From Eledone cirrhosa (taxonomy: Eukaryota): DNA of 64,000 nucleotides. Location of the stretch: contig OZ024745.1 in assembly GCA_964016885.1 (NCBI GenBank), forward strand, positions 50,220,001-50,284,000, written 5' to 3'. A program made the translations under genes and the position numbers. This document shows positions 26,336-45,544 of the stretch, piece by piece; the stretch's first letter is position 1, and every line of letters starts with the position of its first letter. Below the pieces are notes generated by a model that was given only the letters and a program-made list of their open reading frames with translations, was not told where the DNA came from and searched no databases.

Positions 26336-26517
26336 ATATACATATATATACCATACATATATATATATATACATATATACATACATATATATATATATAT
26401 ATAGATAATTTAATATATCTACTAACATAAGCGCACAGATGTACGCTAATGCCAGCAAATACACAGGTTATGTCATAGTACCTAGGTGGTTCAATGTAGG
26501 AGGATGCAGAACAATAA

Positions 26518-27076
26518 TATAAAAGACGTAAAATAAGAAAATTTAAAAAAAAAATTTTTTTAAATTAACTTACTTACTAAAATTTTCACTCCAACTAATT
26601 AGTTTCTGCAATGGGATAAAGACAGTTACGTAATGAACTGTTGAGAATTTCATTGCGTCAAATCACTGATTTGTCGAGCAAACCTGCCAAAACCACTACT
26701 AAATTGTTGGTGTGTTAGTAGGCGTCTGTCATCTTACCATCCTACTCCTACCGACTAGCCTCAGTGTCACGTAAGTGATTCTTTAGAATCGGCCATTTGA
26801 CCAGTGGCAGCGAGATTTTCAGTGCTTGGAATCCAGTCCCCGATAGCTGTTCCATTTACCGAATTATTATTATTTTTATATGAGTCCCCAGTGTCCGCGC
26901 ATTGCCTGGAGACTTGGCTGAGAATAGACCTCCCTGATGACGCAATGAAATTCTCAACAGTTCATTACGTAACTGTCTTTATCCCATTGCAGAAACTAAT
27001 TAGTTGGAGTGAAAATTTTAGTAAGTAAGTTAATTTAAAAAAAAAAAATTTTTTTATTTTCTTATTTTACGTCTTT

Positions 27077-27080
<4 letters not shown>
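26518..27080. mobile_element. Fold-back PLE pLTR-like cassette
   Basis: 143-bp inverted arms 26518-26660 / 26938-27080 next to (TA)n; same family as 32045-32220 and 20899-20956. Confidence 0.8.
26930..27009 (+). ncRNA. Type I hammerhead ribozyme (long loop II)
   Basis: CTCC CTGATGA C GCAATG..CATTGC A GAA ACTAATTAGT T GGAG; covaries with the 32095-32176 copy. Confidence 0.8.
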
Positions 27081-27147
<67 letters not shown>

Positions 27148-27351
27148 CGTTTCTGAATTTGTTTAGCAAGATTCTTTATCTGAAAACGTGTGTTGGAACC
27201 GATATTGTTCTACTTTGGGAGGGTCATGTTGCCAATAAGAAATACACGCAACAGTTGCTTTCACTTTAATTTATTATAATAAATTTATAAATTTAGGAAT
27301 TTATAAATTTCCGGTTGGTTGGTTCCACAACCAGATGGTTGTTTATATATT

Positions 27352-27394
27352 GTCAAAGTTCTTTCGTCACACATTCTGTGACCTCTTCAGTGAC
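27352..27394 (-). ncRNA. Minimal type I hammerhead ribozyme
   Basis: GTCA CTGAAGAG GTCACA GAATG TGTGAC GAAAG AA CT T TGAC. Confidence 0.75.
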
Positions 27395-27511
27395 TGGAGA
27401 TTCTTTTCTTTGTCTTTTGTGCGTCTCCTTTGTTCTGTCCTACGCCACAAAAACAAGATGGCGTAGGACAGAACAAAGGAGAGGCACAAAAAACAAAGAA
27501 AAGAATCCCCA

Positions 27512-27554
27512 GTCACTGAAGAGGTCACAGAATATGTGACGAAAGAACTTTGAC
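27512..27554 (+). ncRNA. Minimal type I hammerhead ribozyme
   Basis: GTCA CTGAAGAG GTCACA GAATA TGTGAC GAAAG AA CT T TGAC. Confidence 0.75.
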
Positions 27555-27700
27555 AATATATAAACAACCATCTGGTTGTGGAACCAACCAACCAACCGGA
27601 AATTTATAAATTCCTAAATTTATAAATTTATTATAATAAATTGAAGTGAAAGCAACTGGTGCGTGTGTTTCTTATTGGCAACATGACCATCCCAAAGTAT

Positions 27701-27767
<67 letters not shown>

Positions 27768-27787
27768 TATATATATATATACACATA

Positions 27788-27934
<147 letters not shown>

Positions 27935-27999
27935 TGAAGTTTCCGTTGAAAATTGAAAGAGTCATAGGAGTGAAGAGTACTCTATGTAAGTACCAGAGC

Positions 28000-32042
<4,043 letters not shown>

Positions 32043-32094
32043 TGAGAGACGTAAAATAAGAAAATTATAAAATTAACTTACTTACTAAAATATC

Positions 32095-32176
32095 ACTTCC
32101 AACTAATTAGTTTCTGGAATGGAGTAAATATATTTTCCGAAGAAGATATTGAGAAACATTCCGTCGTCAGGGAAGT
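32095..32176 (-). ncRNA. Type I hammerhead ribozyme (long loop II)
   Basis: ACTTCC CTGACGA C GGAATG..CATTCC A GAA ACTAATTAGT T GGAAGT. Confidence 0.82.
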
Positions 32177-32277
32177 CTATTCTCATCTAAGTTTCCAGGC
32201 AAAGCGAGGACTCTGGAAACTTATATATATACATTATATATATATATGTATATATATATATACATACTTATATATAG

Positions 32278-32334
<57 letters not shown>

Positions 32335-32481
32335 AACGAGTAGGACCGGCTTGAGCTCGTTCCTATTACCCACTCTACTACCCTAAGTACTTTGGTGCGT
32401 TATGGTCCACCTGGTTCCTTACCACATTTCCTTCCTTATATATATATATACACACATACACATACACATATATATATATGC

Positions 32482-32520
<39 letters not shown>

Positions 32521-32612
32521 ACACGTGAAATGTTAGTAACTGAAGTTACTTAACTTTGGGGGATTGTCGGCGAACATATCGGTTGCTGATAAGATCTCGT
32601 ATAACACACGAG

Positions 32613-32662
<50 letters not shown>

Positions 32663-34759
32663 TACAAATACACATATCTATACGTATGTACGCATGTATG
32701 AATATATGTAGGCATGTATATATGTGTGTATACATACGCACACGCACACACACAGACACACACAAACACACACACACAAACACACACACACACACACATA
32801 CACACACACACACACACACCACACATATATATATAATATATTAACAAATGGAAACTATATTTATAAAACCATATTTATTTTATTATACATATTTCAAGGG
32901 CCACCAAGGCAAATTATGGTGCGCTTTCATCAGATAAAATACAATACAGATTTGTTTTATAAATAAATATTGACATACCCTGAAAAAAGACAACCTTAAC
33001 GGTTGGAGCTTCCTGGATAGTGGAGATATTACATTTATTGAGGGTGATAGAAAGTTATGATTGAGTATGCAAATGAGTGTCCGAAAGGTTGAAAAGATAA
33101 CGGTTTACTTAAATTAAACTGTTGGAAGAAGGTGATATTCTGAGGGAGAGAGAAAAAAAGAAAGAAAGAAAAAAAGAAGGAACGATTATATATATTTTTG
33201 ACAGTGAAAATAGTGTGAAGAGAAGAACGTAATTATATTTTTAAGTGAGAGAAAATATTAGTTACAAAGGACAAATACAGCGTAACTATATTTACGTGAG
33301 AGGAAAGAAGAAGAAGTGAAGAAGAAATGAGGATAGCGTGGAGGAATAATATTTATAATGCAGGATTCGTTATGTTTTGATTATAATATTTATAATGATA
33401 GGTTGAAAAAATCTGATTAAAGGTTTAATTTAATAATTTAATAATTTAATAATTAGTTTAAATGTGTATGTTAAGGATTATAAATTATTAAAAAATTATT
33501 AAAAAATATATATTATAGTTTATTTTATTAAAAGTTGTAATTTAAAATATCCAAATAATTCTAAATTTATGGAAAATTTTCGAGAGTTTACAAAAGAATA
33601 ACCACTTAGTTATATTTTTAAAAAAACAGTAAAGGAGCGTAAAGGAAGTTATAAGTGATTTTTTAAGACCTCAGATGATCTCAGGATTAAATGCTATAAA
33701 GTTAAGAAGTTAAATTTTCTATCTTAAGAATGTAATTAGAACATGAACCTTATGTTATTTTATACGAAGTCATAAATTTACTTGCTATAAAGTTAGAACA
33801 TTTAAAAAGATATTTAAAAAAAAAAACATATGTTTTTCCACATATATATAAACATTTGGATATATATATTAAAAACTTTGAAAATATAAGAATATAAAAT
33901 TAACTTTCAAAGGAATTTTCAAAAGATTTTCTTAAACCCTTCAGTAAGTTTTTCAAGAAAAAATGTTTCTTAAAGGAGTTTCAAGCAGTCATATAAAGGA
34001 ATTTAATAATATATATGTGAAGTAGAGATAATAGAAAATAAATTAAGTATATGAATCATATATGGATATAGAAGACATTATGTAAAAGAGATAAGTCGTA
34101 TATTACATTTTATATATATATATATATATTTAAAAGTTGAATTTAAACGATGTTTGCAAGAACTGAATAAATTATTCCTCAAATTAATAGAGTTCTTAAT
34201 TTTTAGTATAAAGAATATTTCTTCGACACAAAGAGAACAATTTTTGGATAGACAGAGTTGCTCTTGTAAATAGTTGGTATCGCCTGGTGGGAATATAACA
34301 AATTCAACTGGTCCTTATTCATAAAAAAAGAACATTTATGTTCCTTTTTTTGAAATTTATATATTTCCTTTCAAGGAATGTATTTATACTCTCAGGCTGC
34401 CTGCAATGGTATCTTTGGAATATTGTTAATCAATTTTTTAGTAATCTACAGATATCAAAATCAGTAGTATATTGAAAAATGGAAAAATAGGGTAGGGGGT
34501 GTTTTGTGATTTCGAGGGACAAAAGGGGGCGTTTGGCCTAAATGGATTGAGAACCTGTAATCTAGATGATTTGCTTTGAATAAGCGACAATGAATATTCT
34601 GCTATAATTCTTAATTAAGTTAAAATACAGCAATCATATTTCATTGGTAAAATATTTTGTAATATGTGCCAAAATATATTGTAACTTTCATAAAATATTC
34701 GGGCATCGCAGCGTACTTCTGAGAGGGTTGTGGGCGTAGCGTCTACAGACACGTCTCCA

Positions 34760-35275
34760 AATAATCTGGCTGGATCCCGAAGCGAGACCAGACGGGTTAA
34801 TGGATGTTATCCAACCATCTTGTACGGGGTCTACACATGGGTCTTTGCCTGTAAAATCTGTCCAGTGGTTCTTTCTCGAGACATTCTAACTACATGACCA
34901 TAGCTGCTAGCTTTCGATGCGGAGAAGTAGCGGCTCTATTTGAAGCGACTTTCTCCAATGACCATTCGGAGGAACCCTATTTCGGCCGATGGTATTCGCT
35001 ATCGTATTCTTTAGGTCATTACCCAAGATTCATGACCATAGGTAAGGCTTGGCATGTACACCGAATTGAAAATAGCAAGTTTGGCTTTTACACTTACCTC
35101 CCTTCTTCCGATTACCGAAAGCTGAAGCTAGCGTATTACTTCACCAGCTCCTGCCATTCTTGCCTTTAATTCAACCTTCTTCCTTCCAGCACTCGTGAAC
35201 ATAGCCCAGAGATACTTGAACTTCTCCACCTGTTTCCATGGACTCCATGGAAACAGGTGGAGAAGTTCAAGTATC
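34760..35275 (-). mobile_element. RTE 3' fragment with terminal fold-back
   Basis: Minus-strand homology to 13560-14720 (KFKYLW, LTYGHESWVMT); 32-bp palindrome at 35211-35275. Confidence 0.75.
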
Positions 35276-36332
35276 AACGTACCGCCAGGAATCGAACTAA
35301 CGTCCTTGCGATTGAAAGCCGAACACTCTAACCATTAAGCCACTCAACCTGATTGTGCTCATGTATATCTCAATGACGAGGGCCACGCATATCATTAAGT
35401 AGAAATCTTAAGATCGTTTTTTTTTATGGTTTGTATAAGTTGGACGGTGCCTCCAACTTAACTTAATTTCATGAACGTTAAGTGACTGAGGGTACAAAAC
35501 CCTACCCTAGCTGGGACACCAGTCCATGGCAGAGCTATCTCCGAGATTATGTTAGTACTTAATTTCAACTGCGTGAACTAGAGCAAAGGGAAATGAGGCA
35601 TCATGCTGAAAGGCACAATGTGTCACTCGCTCTAGACCCAACATTTAATAGGTTTCCATACAATTTCTGCCCTCTAAATTTTAGCTGACCAGAGGCTACG
35701 GTATAAGAGAATTGCCAAAGGTGCTGTGGAATGAGATCGTACCTGGAACTATGCTATAGTACAAGATAACCTCTTACCACATGTTATTTATTACTCTCTT
35801 ACCTTTTCCAGTCGACTGGCTTAGGCCATGCTAGAGCACCACTATTGTAAACATTTACTTCAGTCTTAATTGAACTCGTAAACAGCTGCGCTACAACTGT
35901 ACCACTGCGGCAATTATTTTATTCCTTTATTCATTATTTTTGAATAATTTGGAAAATAACCCAGTCTTTTGAAGATATTTAATAATTTAAACTTCTCATT
36001 GTTATGATGGGCTTTGGCACATAACTAAACAATGGTTCTTTCATAAACTAGTATGTGGAACATAACTTAATGGTTATATAAAATTATGATGGAAAGTTTT
36101 ATGAAGGCTGGACTCTATATATATCTTTCTCTTTGTTTTTCTCTCACTCAGTAGTTCTTTCACCCCTCCCTCATCTTTCTAGGTTATATTGGATTACGTC
36201 ACGCATGATGTTGCATCATATTTTTAAATAATCATCAGAACACAACTTCGCTGCGAATGGGATCGTTAGTACACACATATACACATATATTAACATATAC
36301 ACACACAAATACACATATATATACATACATAG

Positions 36333-36365
<33 letters not shown>

Positions 36366-36539
36366 TGTATGTATGTATGTATATACACATATATACCCAT
36401 ACATACATACATACATACATACATACATACATACATACATACATACATACATACATACACGCACGCATTTCCACTGTGATAGTTTTCAGTTAATGCAGCT
36501 TTCCAATTATACTACTCGTTCAGCCACTATTAATTTATG

Positions 36540-36608
<69 letters not shown>

Positions 36609-36760
36609 ACACACACATGCATATTCACCGTGTTCTATATATCTTTATATCAATATATATATATATATTTGGGGAGGGTCATAGTTTAATATATATATAT
36701 GAAGATCCCGTTAAGGGTGAAAGCAGCGATTCTTTGCTTAAACTTTAATCTGTTATTTTA

Positions 36761-36854
<94 letters not shown>

Positions 36855-36996
36855 ATACTTTGGGAGGGTCATGTTGCCAATAAGAAACACACGCACCAGT
36901 TGCTTTCACTTCAATTTATTATATATTTATAAATTTATAAATTTATAAATATCTGGTTGGTTGGTTGGTTCCACAACCAGATAGTTGTTTATATAT

Positions 36997-37041
36997 AGTC
37001 ATAGTTCTTTTGCCACACACTCTGTGACCTCTTCAGTGACT
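36997..37041 (-). ncRNA. Hammerhead motif, probably inactive (GAAA changed to AAAA)
   Basis: Inverted copy of 37857-37901 with a G12 substitution. Confidence 0.6.
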
Positions 37042-37856
37042 GGGGATTCCTTTCTTTGTTTCTGTGCCTCTCCTTTGTTCTGTCCTACGCCATTTTGTTT
37101 CTGTGTGTGTGTTGTGTGATCAGTCTGCGCATGCGCCACATCCGGGTGTCTGTGTGTGTTTATGTTCATTTATTTATTTGTTTATTTACATGTTACTGGT
37201 TGGTTGTTTGTTCTATGTGTGTGTGTGTGTTTTCATTTTGTCCTTAATTGTAAGTTGTGATGTTGCTGTTCCACTCATATTTTCTATTTAATTTTGGTTG
37301 TAATTCTTTTATGTTTATTGCCTCTGTAATTTGTCTAAACATTGCGTCTTTTCTGTGTGTAGATTCTATTTTTATTTCTATGTTCTCTAATTTACCCTTG
37401 TGTTCTATTTTAGCATGTTGGTAGAGTACAGATGATTCTTTATTATCTTGAAGGTCTCGCCAGTGTTCATTTATCCGTTCCCCTACACTACGAGCTGTCT
37501 CACCTATGTACACTATATTTTTGTCTCTACATTGTCCTTCAGTACATCTTATGCTATACACTACGTTTCTAGTTTTACAGTTAATATGGGGGCTTATTTT
37601 ACAGGTTATACATTTCTTATCTATACATGAGGGTCTTTGAAAAGGGTATGTCTTGCTAATAAGTGTTTTTACGGAGGTACCTGGTCTTTCTACTATCTTA
37701 ATATTGAGTTTATGTTTATTTAGGGCCCTTCTAAATTTGTAAGCTAATTCACCCGGATGTGGCGCATGAGCAGACTGAGCACACAACACACACACGGAAA
37801 CAAAATGGCGTAGGACAGAACAAAGGAGAGGCACAGAAACAAAGAAAGGAATCCCC

Positions 37857-37901
37857 AGTCACTGAAGAGGTCACAGAGTGTGTGACGAAAGAACTATGAC
37901 T
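37857..37901 (+). ncRNA. Minimal type I hammerhead ribozyme
   Basis: AGTCA CTGAAGAG GTCACA GAGTG TGTGAC GAAAG AA CT A TGACT (CUA triplet). Confidence 0.8.
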
Positions 37902-38127
37902 ATATATAAACAACTATCTGGTTGTGGAACCAACCAACCAACCAACCAGAAATTTATAAATTTATAAATTTATAAATATATAATAAATTGAAGTGAAACA
38001 AATGGTGCGTGTGTTTCTTATTGGCAACATGACCCTCCCAAAGTATAACAATATCGATTTCAACACACGATTTCAGATAAAGAATCTTGCTAAACAAATT
38101 CAGAAACGAAATATATATATATATATG

Positions 38128-38324
<197 letters not shown>

Positions 38325-38327
38325 TTT

Positions 38328-38405
<78 letters not shown>

Positions 38406-38462
38406 TATACATATATATAAATATATGTTTATATATATATATATTATAATATGGCCCTCCCC

Positions 38463-38507
<45 letters not shown>

Positions 38508-39008
38508 AATATACACGGGTGTGTATGATTGTGTATATAAGATTATATTAATAAAAGGAATTCCAACTTTGTCTCATTTACTCGTTTTATTTACAATCCT
38601 TTAACATTTATAATGGTATTATAATGAAATAGGTTCATAATGTGTGGTGACAGTCAAGTTTGCAATTTTCAACTGTAATGAGATGGGTAAATTTTGTACC
38701 TTATATACAGTGAAAAGTGGCTCCAGAATGCTAAATCTTGCAAACTGTATTTCGACCAATCGGTGTGAAGTTTCACTGAATTACTAAAGCTGATTGGTTT
38801 AGGCGTCACGGTTGGTTGAGCATGTCTAACGACCACTAATTGATCCTATCCAAAGCATCAATTGTTTTGCTATTTTTAGAAATGATGAAAATAGCATTTT
38901 CTAGTAATCATCACTATCAACATCACTTTTATTATTATTATTGTTGTTGTTGTTGTTGTTAGTGGTCGTAGTCGACATGGTCGTAGTCATAGTTATTATT
39001 ATTATTAT

Positions 39009-39085
39009 CGGGGTCGATAAAATAAAGTACCAGTAATGCACTGGGTAATTGCTGGCCTTGTGCCTAAAGTAGAAACAATTATTAT
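39009..39085 (+). mobile_element. Meta-like SINE 3' fragment in (ATT)n of the inverted pLTR
   Basis: Nearly identical to 40775-40848; absent from the partner arm at ~42300. Confidence 0.85.
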
Positions 39086-40661
39086 TATTGTTTATTTAGC
39101 TTGGGTTTGAATTTATCAATAAAATTCTTTTCTTTGATTTTTCTCTTGATTTCACTTGGGCTGGGTAATTTGTAGAATGGGAATATTATAAATATTCCCT
39201 GACCACATATTGCTAGATGGTTACTTAGGGGTATCTGACGGACATTTGGGTCTCTGATTTGCTGTCGGTTTACCCGTGCACGTTCCGATAGTGCATTTCT
39301 AGTTTGACCGACATATAGTTCTTCACAATTCGGGCATTTAATGCAGTAAATTAGATTTCTGCTTTTGCAGTTCATATTTGCATTTGGGAATATTTTTCCT
39401 GTTTTTGTTTTCATATATTGACCGGCGTGTATGGATTGACATGTGCCGCATCGACTATCATTGCATTTAGATAAAAAGAATGATTGGTCTTTGTTGTTAA
39501 GGTCAAACTTTGCTTTTGTTAGTAATTGCTTCAAATTTTTCGGCTGTCTTTTACTAAGAGTCAAAGATCGATCTGTGATTAAGCCTTTTAATTCATTACT
39601 TTGAGCATTACCCACAAGAAACTGGGCGAAAAAACGATCTAAACCTGAAAGCAAACCTAGGTCATTTCCCCAGATTGTTAAAAATAATGCTAACAAGAAA
39701 TGGAAAAATAATATACATAATACCAAAAATAGGACAAAATACATAACGAAACCAAACATAATGTCACGACCAAAAGTTCATCAAGCGAACACCAACAGGA
39801 ATATAAATCCTGAGCAGAGAAAAATCCATTTTTTAACGTCAGGACAACAAAAACCGGAAAAAGAAAAACTCCAGGAGGAAACACACCCAAAACAACTGTA
39901 CACGTAGATCCTAAAATAACTAATTTATCCAAAAGAGATCTTGACAATGATGAAATGCGAATTCTGTCAAAAGGACTGAAATTCACACCAACTCCAACAG
40001 TCAACCACCAAGAACTGAAGGAGGATACCCAAGAATTCTGTCGAAAATTACGTCTTGTAGAATTCTTCGCTGAAAAAGGTAATGAGAGTGATGAATCACT
40101 AGTAAAGAATAAATCAAATATCACTCCGCCAAAAGGAAGAAATATCTATCTCGACCAATACATTGACAACCTGTCTAAATTTCCTCTTAGACGAAATACT
40201 AATGTTAGGCCAAACATTAACAAATCAGAAATGTCTGCACTAAACGTATACAAAATGATAAAACAATAATAATTAAACAAGCAGATAAAGGGGGTGCAGT
40301 TGTTATAATGGATGCTGAATACTACAAGGATTTGGTTGAGGAACAACTGAAAGACACAACATTCTATCATGAAATACCGTCAAATATAGACCACAACATC
40401 ATGAAGAAGATCAACAACCTGGCTTCAAAATACCACAACTCACTTACTGATAAGGAAAGAGACTACATCACCAATTTCGAGCCAAAACCCAGCAACCTGT
40501 ATGGCCTACTGAAAGTTCATAAGTCAGAAGAAATACAACACGCAGTAATAGAACAAAACAGTGAGTACATTAAATTACTACACCCAAAAGACTTAAAACT
40601 GAGACCTATTATAGCTGGTCCAACATGCCCCACTCACCGTCTAAGCAATTTTGTTGACATT

Positions 40662-40848
40662 GGGTGGATTGGTAGTATCAGTAGAGGGTCGGACGCCATG
40701 CTTTCCAGCATAGTTACGTCCCTTTATGATCTGAGTTCAAATCCCGCCGAGGTTGACTTTGCCTTTCATCCTTACGGGGTCGATAAAATAAAGTACCAGT
40801 AATGCACTGGGTAATTTGCTGGCCTTGTGCCTAAAGTAGAAACAATTA
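40662..40848 (+). mobile_element. Meta-like SINE inserted in PLE RT
   Basis: Interrupts the reading NFVDI|ILKP at an ATT; colinear with 9619-9805. Confidence 0.9.
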
Positions 40849-42667
40849 TTTTGAAACCACTATGTATTCACATACCCAGTTTCATCCGGGATGATATCGA
40901 CTTTCTGTCCCATCTTCCCCAAACCACGGAAACGAATTCACTTCTACTTAGTTTTGATGTGGTAAGCCTTTACACCAACATTACACATGATTTAGGAATA
41001 AAGGCGGTTAAATACTGGGTGGAAAAACACAGAGAAGTGATTCCCATCAGATTCACAGCGCCATTTATATTAGACGCAGTTAAACTTATTCTGGAAAACA
41101 ACACTTTCTTCTTCAATGGAAAGAATTACATCCAAATTAGAGGCACAGCGATGAGAACGAAGTTTGCTCCCGTTTACACGAACTCTGTAATGGGATATTT
41201 AGAACAACAACTCTACCAAGAAATAGAGGAAAAATATAGTACTGACTTTAGAAAGTACATTGAAAAATCTTGGAAGAGATACCTTGACGACTGTTTCATC
41301 ATCTGGACAGAATCTCTAGATACTCTGGATGAGTTCAATATCCTCCTGAATAACCTACACCCATCTCTCCAATTCACAAAAGAGATGAGTAGGACCAAAT
41401 GACCATTCCTAGATATAATGATAATCAAAAACGACACCACCATTACCACGGATATATATTATAAACACACAGACACCCATCAATATCTGAATTTTAAGTC
41501 GTGCCATCCACCTCATACAAAACGCAACATCCCATACTGCCTAGCCAGAAGAATTTGTACCATGATAGAAGATACGAATACCAGGTACAAACGCCTAACA
41601 AAAATACCCATATCTACTTATAGAAAATGGCATACAGCGGGCTATAAAAATACCTATACAACAACTTAGGACAACCCAAGGAAGAAGAAACCAAGAACTG
41701 GTCATACCATTTATAATGACACACAATCCATGTCACCAGAATATCTTCAACACTGCCAAAGCAAACCTACCGATCATTGCTCAAAGTAATGAATTAAAAG
41801 GCTTAATCACAGATCGATCTTTGACTCTTAGTAAAAGACAGCCGAAAAATTTGAAGCAATTACTAACAAAAGCAAAGTTTGACCTTAACAACAAAGACCA
41901 ATCATTCACTTTATCTAAATGCAATGATAGTCGATGCGGCACATGTCAATCCATACACGCCGGTCAATATATGAAAATAAAAACTGGAAAAATATTCCCA
42001 AATGCAAATATGAACTGCAAAAGCAGAAATCTAATTTACTGCATTAAATGCCCGAATTGTGAAGAACTATATGTCGGTCAAACTGGAAATGCACTATCGG
42101 AACGTGCACAGGTAAACCGACAGCAAATCAGAGACCCAAATGTCCGTCAGATACCCCTAAGTAACCATCTAGCAACATGTGGTCAGGGAATATTTATAAT
42201 ATTCCCATTCTACAAATTACCCAGCCCAAGTGAAATCAAGAGAAAAATCAAAGAAAAGAATTTTATTGATAAATTCAAACCCAAGATAAATGAACAATAA
42301 TAATAATAATAACTATGACTACGACCATGTCGACTACGACCACTAACAACAACAACAACAATAATAATAATAATAAAGGTGATGTTGATAGTGATGATTA
42401 CTAGAAAATGCTATTTTCATCATTTCTAAAAATAGCAAAACAATTGATGCTTTGGATAGGATCAATTAGTGGTCGTTAGACATGCTCAACCAACCGTGAC
42501 GCCTAAACCAATCAGCTTTAGTAATTCAGTGAAACTACACACCGATTGGTCGAAATACAGTTTGCAAGATTTAGCATTCTGGAGCCACTTTTCAATGTAT
42601 ATAAGGTACAAAATTTACCCATCTCATTACAGTTGAAAATTGCAAACTTGACTGTCACCACACATTA

Positions 42668-42706
42668 TGAACCTGAAGATTGCGAAAGCATGAAAGTACT
42701 TGTTCA
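42668..42706 (+). ncRNA. Minimal type I hammerhead ribozyme in PLE 3' UTR
   Basis: TGAAC CTGAAGA T TGC GAAA GCA T GAA AGTACT T GTTCA; palindromic stem III. Confidence 0.8.
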
Positions 42707-42818
42707 ATTAACACTTAACATTTAATATTCTATCATACTATTTCATTATAATACTATCATAAATTTTAAAGGATTGTAAATAAAACGAGTAAATCAGACA
42801 AAGTTGGAATTCCTTTTA

Positions 42819-42936
<118 letters not shown>

Positions 42937-43204
42937 TATATTATAATATGACCCTCCCCATATATATATATATATATATAATATATATATATATATATAA
43001 TTTATATATATGTAATATATAAATGCATCGATGATTGTCCCCCTTCCTTCTGCCGTACACCGCCTGGTAGCCTTAGCTGCCAGTGTGATATTCATAGTTA
43101 TGGCTTTCTAAATGTTTATTTATACCGTTTTTCTTTAGAAATATGAAATTCAATTAGACACACGCACACCCACACACACACACACACATACACACGCATA
43201 CACA

Positions 43205-43235
<31 letters not shown>

Positions 43236-43349
43236 GCACCAGTTGCTTTCACTCTAATTTATTATAAATTCAAATATAAATTAAAAAAAAAAAATTATAA
43301 ATTTCCGGTTGGTTGGTTGGTTCCACAACCGGACGGTTGTTCATATATT

Positions 43350-43392
43350 GTCAAAGTTCTTTCGTCACACATTCTGTGACCTCATCAGTGAC
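43350..43392 (-). ncRNA. Minimal type I hammerhead ribozyme in pLTR copy 43236-43565
   Basis: GTCA CTGATGAG GTCACA GAATG TGTGAC GAAAG AA CT T TGAC; differs from the 27352 copy only at the variable N7 position. Confidence 0.78.
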
Positions 43393-43564
43393 CGGGGATT
43401 CTTTTCTTTCTTTTGTGTCTCTCCTTTGTTCTGTCCCACGCCATCTTGTTTGTGTGTGTGTTGTGTGCTTAGTTTGCGCATGTGTTACATCCGGGTGTAA
43501 ACAAAAAAATAAATAAACAAATAAAAACACACACGGACACCCGGATGTCACGGAAGAACTTTGA

Positions 43565-45478
<1,914 letters not shown>

Positions 45479-45544
45479 ATCGACTAGACTTCCCAAGTGT
45501 ACTACTGTGGACGTAGAGCAACCGCACTGTCAAAGTTCTTCTTA

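Larger units (their letters stand above)
27145..27707. mobile_element. Fold-back PLE pLTR cassette with two HHRs
   Basis: Arms ~27201-27447 / 27459-27707 plus ~58-nt tail on the left, (TA)n on both sides; same repeat flanks the GIY-YIG ORF at 36848-38110. Confidence 0.88.
36848..38110 (-). mobile_element. 5'-truncated PLE (GIY-YIG only) between inverted pLTRs
   Basis: CIDKKCITC, NVVYSIRC, YIGETARSVGERINEH, RQITEA, KLN in 37244-37750; inverted ~300-bp repeats 36848-37146 / 37752-38054 plus tail; (TA)n flanks. Confidence 0.9.

Noticed and set aside
32913-32940. Hammerhead with deleted stem II (minus strand CTGATGAAAGCGC)
   Set aside because: No stem II and no valid NUH triplet; could be chance.
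39085-39759. Standalone membrane-anchored GIY-YIG nuclease gene
   Set aside because: The ORF is a chimera of the inverted pLTR copy and antisense PLE sequence at the inversion junction.
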